From Octopus vulgaris (taxonomy: Eukaryota), in the NCBI GenBank assembly GCA_951406725.2, contig OX597822.1, positions 83,576,001 through 83,640,000 of the forward strand: a stretch of DNA of 64,000 bases, written 5' to 3'. The notes below the pieces were generated by a model. It searched no databases, was not told the DNA's origin, and was given only the letters and a program-made list of their open reading frames with translations. Each line of letters begins with the position of its first letter. Position 1 is the first letter of the stretch. Below, piece after piece: positions 55,251-64,000 of this stretch. A program made the position numbers and the translations under genes.

Positions 55251-55557
55251 TACATAAAACAAATTTGATGCCAATGGCATACGAACGGAGAATGTTGATA
55301 GGTAAAACCAGATACTGTAAAATATTGGGGTTTTTCCTAGGGTTTTCTCCAAATCATTGATGTTTCACTTTAGAAATGGATGATATGTCAACCTTGTTCA
55401 ATTCTAGCAATGAGCAAGTATTGTCTTGACCACACAACTGAATCCCATTGGATTGAGTGACCATCACTTTCTCCTTACATTGATACAAATTCTTTCTTGT
55501 GCCGAGAAGATAGTTTAGAATCTTATAGATAAGATGAGATGAAGACAACTTAGAGAT

Positions 55558-55665
55558 GCGGGCATGGCAATGTAGTAAGAAACTTTATTTCTAACCACAT
55601 CATTCTCGGTTCACTCCTAATGCGCTACACCTTGGGCAACCGTCTTCTACTATTACTTCAGGCGA
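55558..55665 (+). mobile_element. SINE family B head, diverged
   Basis: gcgggcatggcaatgtagtaagaa..ggttcactcc..caccttgggcaa..tcttctactat. Confidence 0.75.
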
Positions 55666-55951
55666 AGTTATAATAGATAGCAGATAACGCCAAAGCACTG
55701 AAAAATACTGAACCATGACTAGTCTTTCTTATGATTTATCGGCATATTACACACATTCATACATACATACATTCATACATACATCCATACATACAATCAT
55801 ACATCTATCCACCCATACATACACACACATATATATATATATTGCATATGTATGTATATATATATATATGCATATATATATATGTGTGTGTGTGTGTCTG
55901 TGTACACATATATATATATGTATGTGTGTACATATAGCTATATATACATAC

Positions 55952-56033
<82 letters not shown>

Positions 56034-56099
56034 TACATACATGTGTGTCTGAGTGTGAGCATATGTGTCCATGACTGTGTTTATGTTCACGCTGGTATA

Positions 56100-56600
56100 T
56101 GTATTAATGAATTCTGATTGGGACGGTTTTATCGACCACGAGAGAACGAAAAACTAAGTTGACTTCGGCAGGATTCTATCTGAGAATGTTAATTGCCGAA
56201 ACAAATCAAGAATGTCACTTTCTTCTCCGTCACTCTTAACGTTTCTGCCAGCTCATCGTCATTTTAAAGATCTGTTTCGAAGTTATAAACTGATATCGTC
56301 TGTCGATCTTCCAACTGAAAGAAGGAAATTCTGTTTCGGTTGGTCAGTCTTTCGCTAGAAGAGTGATTGTTTTGCCAGCCACGAGATGTTATTTGAACTT
56401 AGAAGACACAGAACTGTTACAGATATCACAAGTCCTATTCCTCACTCTTAACACAACGGTCAGTCCACCGGATCTGGACTTGTATCACCTCGAAAAGATG
56501 AAGAGCAAAGTTAACCGCGGCGTGTTTGTACACAGTGGCAGAAAGACAGAACAAACACCGCGAGGTACTTGATCCAAGACTGACAACTCTGCAAATACAC
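56100..56600 (-). mobile_element. Two heavily diverged SINE family A fragments (about 56100-56260 and 56450-56600)
   Basis: tttatcgacc..aagttgacttcggcagga..aacgtttctgccagctc; cctcgaaaagatgaagagcaaagttaaccgcggcg. Confidence 0.6.
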
Positions 56601-57415
56601 TCCGTAAATTCTAATAGATATTTATATAAACATTTATAAAATGAATAGGTGTTATATAACTGGAAATTAATAAATCATTTTTAATTTGAGAAGAATATAT
56701 TGTAATAAATGAATAACTTCCTGTCAGTTTTGCTCTTTCTGGCATATACTTTTTTAATTATTATTTTAGATTAGAAAGTGTTCATTAAAGTGAAATACTT
56801 CAAAATAATGTTTGAGCATCATGCATCAATGAGATGCAGGTGCATGCACAGTAAAATTCATTGAGAGCCACAAGAAGAAATAATAATAAATTAGTCACTG
56901 AATAATCGTAGAATTTCTCATTTGAAAATGGTTGGATGTTTCAGCAGAGTAAACAAAAAGGCGAGAGGGAAATTATTCAGAAGTAATTTCTTCAAAATCC
57001 CTTAGGATAAATTCTTTCTTCTGCGGGATTATTGGGTTATTCGATAAAAGAATTTATCCAGAGTGGATTACCATACTTGTTCTTCTGGACAGTGCAAAAT
57101 TATTCCAACATTTTATCAATAAAGATAATTCACACCATCAATATGGGGCTGACTTCGCGTCAGAGACCAAATACTCTTCTCGATTTCCTTTCTTACATTT
57201 TGCTTCTCCCCTCTCCAGTGACCGTTCGATATTGGATAATACCTGCTTATCACAATAAAGCTTCAAACAAATTTCTATAGCAGTTTCAAATACAATAAAA
57301 CGTCTAGAAAACATTCAACTTGGTTGCCTCCTGAAAGTCAAGTCAAGTGTGTTTATATCTAATGTTCACCACCAGAAACGTTTGTTGACATGATTTCATT
57401 AGCTACCGAATTTTA

Positions 57416-57493
<78 letters not shown>

Positions 57494-58422
57494 ATATATA
57501 TTTATGTATATGTATAGATAAGGAGAACTATACACACACACATATGTATGTTTGCATTTACGAATGTATGTATGTATGCATCTGTGTATGAGCCTGGACG
57601 TATAGATACTCGGCTTGATCTCCGAGGGCACAGTGAGCCCACTGGCAATTAGGGACCTCTATTCTGTGACAACTGATCTATCTAGGAGAAGGCAAACTCA
57701 TTTATAAAACCAGCTGCTCAACTTAGCTGGATATCTAGCCCTTTGTTTCTTTCTGGGCGTCTTCACATTTCTTGTAATAGTAATTGTTGTGCTCTGTAAA
57801 TCGCAGTCGACTTGAAACCCTTGTACGGGCGCTGCTGACATATAGTCACTGTCAGCGATGGTCATATTCGTCTAACAAGTAGACAGCCATCATATGCCTG
57901 TCTGTATATATACTGTAATGCTACGGTATGCGAGTTAATTTATTCCAAGAGACCGCTCGTAAAGAGAAAACTCGTAAAGCAGAGCGATAATTTTCCATAG
58001 TGCAAATGTTTTATCTATAAAATTTATAATGATCGTAAATAAATGGCACTAACAGTAGAATTTACGGAATATTTTATGTAAAGTAAAAGGAATGTTAAGA
58101 TCATTTATAATAGAAAATGTTCTTATTGTAATCGTTTTCTGAATCACTTTCACTCGCACTAGACACGCTCAAACCATTATTTATAGACGCGATCGCCGAT
58201 TCACAAGCACTAGTAGACGGACTTGTAGATTTCTTTTTTAAAACAAGTCTAGAGTTGTTTGCTTAGAAGAAGCTTTTTACTTTTGCTCTCTATAAATTTC
58301 TCAGTAACACACACAAGCATCTGTTATGGTAGAAAGTTTTGCCTTTGTTAAAAAAAAACACGTAAACAAGAGTTCTCGTAAATCGGTCCTTGCAGAGTGA
58401 GGTATTTCTGTGTTTCTGTGTG

Positions 58423-58504
<82 letters not shown>

Positions 58505-58828
58505 TAAAAGAGATGTACAATTGACATTTGTACATCTTTGTTACGTATTATATTCTGTTCACGTAACTTGGAATCTGCCTTTCGGAAATACTATAGAAAG
58601 TGCCTTGTTATAAAACGTACGTGTCTGAATTATCAGGAGTGGATATCTTCACTTGGCTGGGATATTAGGAATATTAGGTACAAACACCCCTACACGAAGT
58701 CTTGATATTCAATATTCAAATAATATTGTTGTGGTGGGCGAACTATACCGTATTAGCAGATTACCTTAATTTAAGTACTTAATTCGACATAATATACATA
58801 CAAACAAACACACACACACGCACACACA

Positions 58829-58873
<45 letters not shown>

Positions 58874-58999
58874 CAAAATGGGACAAGAACGCAAAACATC
58901 CGGACAGCTAGGTGATACAAAAAGGGACGACAAAACATCCAGACGATACAAAGAAAACAAGGACGGTCATTCAAAGTTTTCTTTCCACAGTCAAACACC

Positions 59000-59001
<2 letters not shown>
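58874..59001. mobile_element. Short repeat-element terminus between two (TA)n arrays with an internal direct repeat
   Basis: gggac.a..(g)caaaacatcc.gac..gatacaaa occurs twice; same context as the PLE termini, but no ribozyme motif seen. Confidence 0.45.
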
Positions 59002-59075
<74 letters not shown>

Positions 59076-59312
59076 TCTAAATGGCAAAGGTAGATAATCA
59101 CCTATTGTTTACCTTTAGCGAGGTATTTCCCTCCCCATATTTTGATGAGTTCTTAGGCCAACGGGTTTGTGGCCTGACGATATTCCATAAGGCCAAACAC
59201 TTTATGGACACAAAACCTAGGGTAACCCTTTAAACCGGCCTCCCCTATTATAATATTAACTGCTTTTCTCCGGATTTATGTTTTTTCTACAAACAGAAAC
59301 TGGAAGAAACTT
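59076..59312 (+). mobile_element. PLE-derived terminus (family P3) with a hammerhead-like motif at 59162-59238
   Basis: ggcCTGACGA-tattccataa..ttatggacac-AAAA-cctaggg-TA-acc; homologous to the reverse complement of 62430-62508; (TA)n on both sides. Confidence 0.7.
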
Positions 59313-59384
59313 GTATATATATATACATACATACATACACATATATACATATATATGTATGTATGTATGTATATATATATATTT

Positions 59385-59434
<50 letters not shown>

Positions 59435-59436
59435 TT

Positions 59437-59525
<89 letters not shown>

Positions 59526-60364
59526 CATATGTACATATATATACTCGTACACATGTATGTATGTGGTGTCTGTATGCATGCGTTTATGTATGTAAACCAG
59601 TCATAAGAACGACAACAAACCGCAAGATTCTTTTTAAACTTATATATGTTCAATCGATAAGAAATCCTACTCCATACAAATGGACCTAACATCACGACAT
59701 AATTCCACAACAATATTAAATCATCAATTATTATCTTCTACGTTCTGATTTTGTGAACAGCTGACCTAAATGTCTTTCCCGTTTTCTTCTATTCTTTTGA
59801 TGTTCTTGAAAAATTCATAGATGTAATAAAATTTGATATTTCCTCTCAACTATGAAATAGGTTGTTGTGTATCAGTGAAAGACTTTCTAGTCTTTGCTTG
59901 TCAAAAACACTTGTATTATGCGATATATTACATCAATCACATATATTTTAAGACGATGTGATGTTAGAGTTTAGGTAACTACTGCACACTAGATCATATG
60001 TTTTTGATGTTTCACTGATGTTGTTATTTATGTGCAATCTGGTTTAATCGATCAAAAGTGTTCTGCCCATGACAGTCCCTTTCTATTGTGTATAGCAAAC
60101 TAAATTTTGTTGTCTAAGACGCCATGTTGTGATATAAATTTCGCTTTACTGGTCTTTGTAACGAATGCACGATCTCACACACGTTATTTCCAGGTGTGTA
60201 ATGTAAATTCCGATTGTTCTAAACATACTTCGATGAAAACGCCTGACCGCATCACTCGATCTGGGAATCGAAATTACGATGTTGCGATCGTGATTGCAAC
60301 ACCCTAACGAATAAGCCACGCGTCTTCGTTGCTGTTTATAAAGGTAGAACATTTCTAAGGAACC

Positions 60365-60570
60365 AATCTGGCAGATTCTTTATGCCCAACGGACAAAATG
60401 CTGCTAAGCATTTTATCTGTGTTCACGTTCTGACTTCAAATTCCGACTTTGCCTTTCAACTATTCGGAGTCGATAGAGTAAATACCAGCTTAACTCTGGA
60501 ATCGAAGAAATCATCTTAGTCCTTTTCCCAAAATTGCTGGCCTTGTGCCAAAATTTCAAACCCAGTATAT
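60365..60570 (+). mobile_element. SINE family A, diverged
   Basis: ctggcagattc..cacgttctgacttcaaattccgactttgcctttca..ggagtcgata..tggccttgtgccaaaattt. Confidence 0.8.
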
Positions 60571-60964
60571 CAATCATTTCTTCTAATGTACATCTGCATA
60601 ATGACAATGCATGTCAGTTGTTTGCTGACTTAATACAAACTGTATATTGTTGGAAATTTCAGCAACTATCGTTTCCATCGAAAAGAATCCTTTGAACTTT
60701 GAGAGTTTTGTGTCTTTGTAGCCGTCAGTAAATCCATCACTTACAGAGTATGCATCCAACTATTTATTTGTTTATCTATTTATTTATCTATTTATTTATA
60801 TATTTATTTATTTCCAGCACATTGAGATACCATCAAGATAACACTGATCGCAAGCTTCCAGCTCGTTACTTCGAATCAGAAACTAATTCTGTGACCCCTT
60901 CTATAACCATTCAGCATTCGGATTATTCGGTCAAATATAATACTTATTTATTCGTATTGTTTGG

Positions 60965-61285
60965 AGTTGTTCCTTTGATCGGTTACGGCTGCAGAGAACT
61001 TCTAATATCAACATTAAAATAAAATATTTACTGCAACCAATGAGACAATCATGTCTTCAACTGTTTACAGCTGTGCACTTTACACCATCATTGGTTATCT
61101 GGTTGTTATTGAGAGCGTAACAGAAGACCCCGTATTTATAAATGATTCCGCTATAGTTGCAACCAATAACTTGTGACAAATTCTGTGTCCCTAACTGCTT
61201 AGTTGTTCCATTGATCAGTTACGGCTGCAGAGCCCTTATTTAGATCAATATTAAAATATAATACTTATTGCAATCAATGACACAA
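60965..61285. repeat. Local direct repeat, about 85 bp, period 236 bp
   Basis: agttgttcc.ttgatc.gttacggctgcagag...ttaaaata.aata.tta.tgcaa.caatga.acaa at 60965 and 61201. Confidence 0.85.
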
Positions 61286-61974
61286 AATCTTGTTTTCCTT
61301 ATTTTATTCGACACAATGAATCTCAACAAACCAAACTAGAATACGTTTAATCATAACTTAAATAAACTTTGGTAGCAGAACTAAAATCAGAAGCAATCTA
61401 TTTCTTCTGACAGTGATTAAACTAAAAGGCGCGTGAATCTAAGTTTCTACTGTTTCTAAACTTGTCCACAAATATATTATTTGCGTGAAAGAACGAACTG
61501 TCAACGAATTTAAAGTCAGAAATGAATTACAGTCAGTTGAAGAAAAATTATCAAGTTGTTTGTAAGAGACTGAGAAAGACATGTTATCAACAAGTATTTG
61601 ATTACATGGGTAATCAATAGAAGTTTACGTAAATCAATGTCATCTGGAATGTGTTTACCGTAGTTCTAATTATTAAGAAAACTTAATGTTATATTTTCGT
61701 ATAATTAAAAGTGTGATTTTTAAACAAATAACCGAGTATTGTACAAGACTGCTATTTCATGGGTTGCAATTATTATATTATATCTAAGATTTGGTTACTG
61801 GTTTTGTTTCATACCGTTCGCAAGAAGTACAATTATTTATGACGTACGTCAATTCAAAGAGTATTCTATCAAAAATAAAATTTCCAAATTATACGGCTGT
61901 GTTTAGAGTTCTGACTGTTCTTATGGTCACACTAAGTTCATAAAACTGATACTTTCGACCCTAAAGCGAAGGAA

Positions 61975-62860
<886 letters not shown>

Positions 62861-64000
62861 GTGGAAGTTAAACACCGTAACTTCCACAATGAACATTTTG
62901 AACCTTACAGAAGAAACATTCTACTCTCGCATGAACAAACAACAATTGAAACTATGAAATCTGATGCGTGCTCCCTTCATACACTTCACCTATCGAAACA
63001 GGTTAATTTTAAGATATAATGTTAATATCCATCATAGTAGACATATGCGCATAATAGACATATACTCGAAGAATTCATACAGGAATTATAAAATGCATTG
63101 ATTTGTATTTTTTGACATCACACGTTTTGCGAAATATATTTCACAGAATAATACACGTTCAAACCAGATAAATAATGAGAGACACATGCATCTACATGCA
63201 AAGAATAAAAGCGTGTGTCACATGTACATATTAATGTATATTAATTTATTTCAATGGTTACGAGCAAATGTTCTCGTATAATACCTTAAATATGTATTGA
63301 GCGTAAATGTCTGCAAAATATAAATGTCTGCCAGTGCCACAGAAATATCATCTAAAGTAGTCATTGAATGAGTTGCCTCCCCTTGTGTGTGTATCACTTA
63401 ATTTTCAAGTCTTGTATAATCACTTACATTCTCACGAAATCCCATGCAAATTGGATGTGATTACCAACATCTCAAAGAAGAACGCTTGAAGGATTGTCAA
63501 TTCTTGCCACTTCAAAACATTGAAAGCACTGTTAATCCATAAACAAAGAATATGCATCCACCAAACTTAGTTTTGAACACTCCTTCTCACTATTTCATTC
63601 TGTCATGTATATATGTGTGTATATATGTGTGTATGTGTGTGTATGTATGTGTGAAACAGAAAAAGGGGAAATTTAAAGATACGAGAAAAACAATTTGAAA
63701 AAAGGAGAAGGAATTAAATTAGAAGATATTTTTTGCTAAAAGTGACAGTTTACATCCAATATATGTAAACAACAAGTCCAATATATAAAAGAAGCAATTA
63801 TAAAGCACGCATTCGGTGGAAAAAATTTGCGAAATAGAAACCTAAAGTATTATTACTGAAGGGTGCAAAGGGTGGGATGGGGATGGAGGTGCAAAAGTAA
63901 AAGACACACAGACAAAATTATGCCGATCACAATAACAATATGGAAACCAATTTCGAAATATGTAAAGACATGAAGAATGCGTTTTGGGCAATGTAAAAAA

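Overview
This is AT-rich, microsatellite-saturated eukaryotic DNA that is non-genic or intronic. The SINE families and the (TA)n/(CA)n/(AAT)n density suggest a coleoid cephalopod, probably Octopus (an inference from recognition, not from a search). I found no intact host protein-coding gene, rRNA, true tRNA or CRISPR array. Almost all ORFs in the track are microsatellite read-throughs or decayed transposon fragments. The window contains: (i) R4/Dong-like RLE LINE pieces inserted at (TAA)n; (ii) Helentron-associated (HINE/DINE-1-like) ends; (iii) a CR1-group LINE whose 3' tail is shared with an abundant CORE-type SINE; (iv) more than 25 tRNA-derived SINE copies of at least four families; (v) Tc1, DD37D/maT, mariner, Tigger-like and hAT DNA transposon relics; (vi) many short elements anchored on (TA)n arrays that derive from Penelope-like elements (PLEs). 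The most interesting signal is in group (vi). About nine type-I hammerhead-ribozyme-like motifs from several families keep the helix I/II/III architecture but carry family-consistent non-canonical cores (CUGUNGA, CCGANGA, G12A). Two of them sit directly downstream of PLE GIY-YIG endonuclease coding remnants. Other (TA)n-anchored termini form fold-back palindromes or share a stem that is conserved by compensatory changes. All alignments and folds were done by eye, and coordinates of degenerate copies are approximate.
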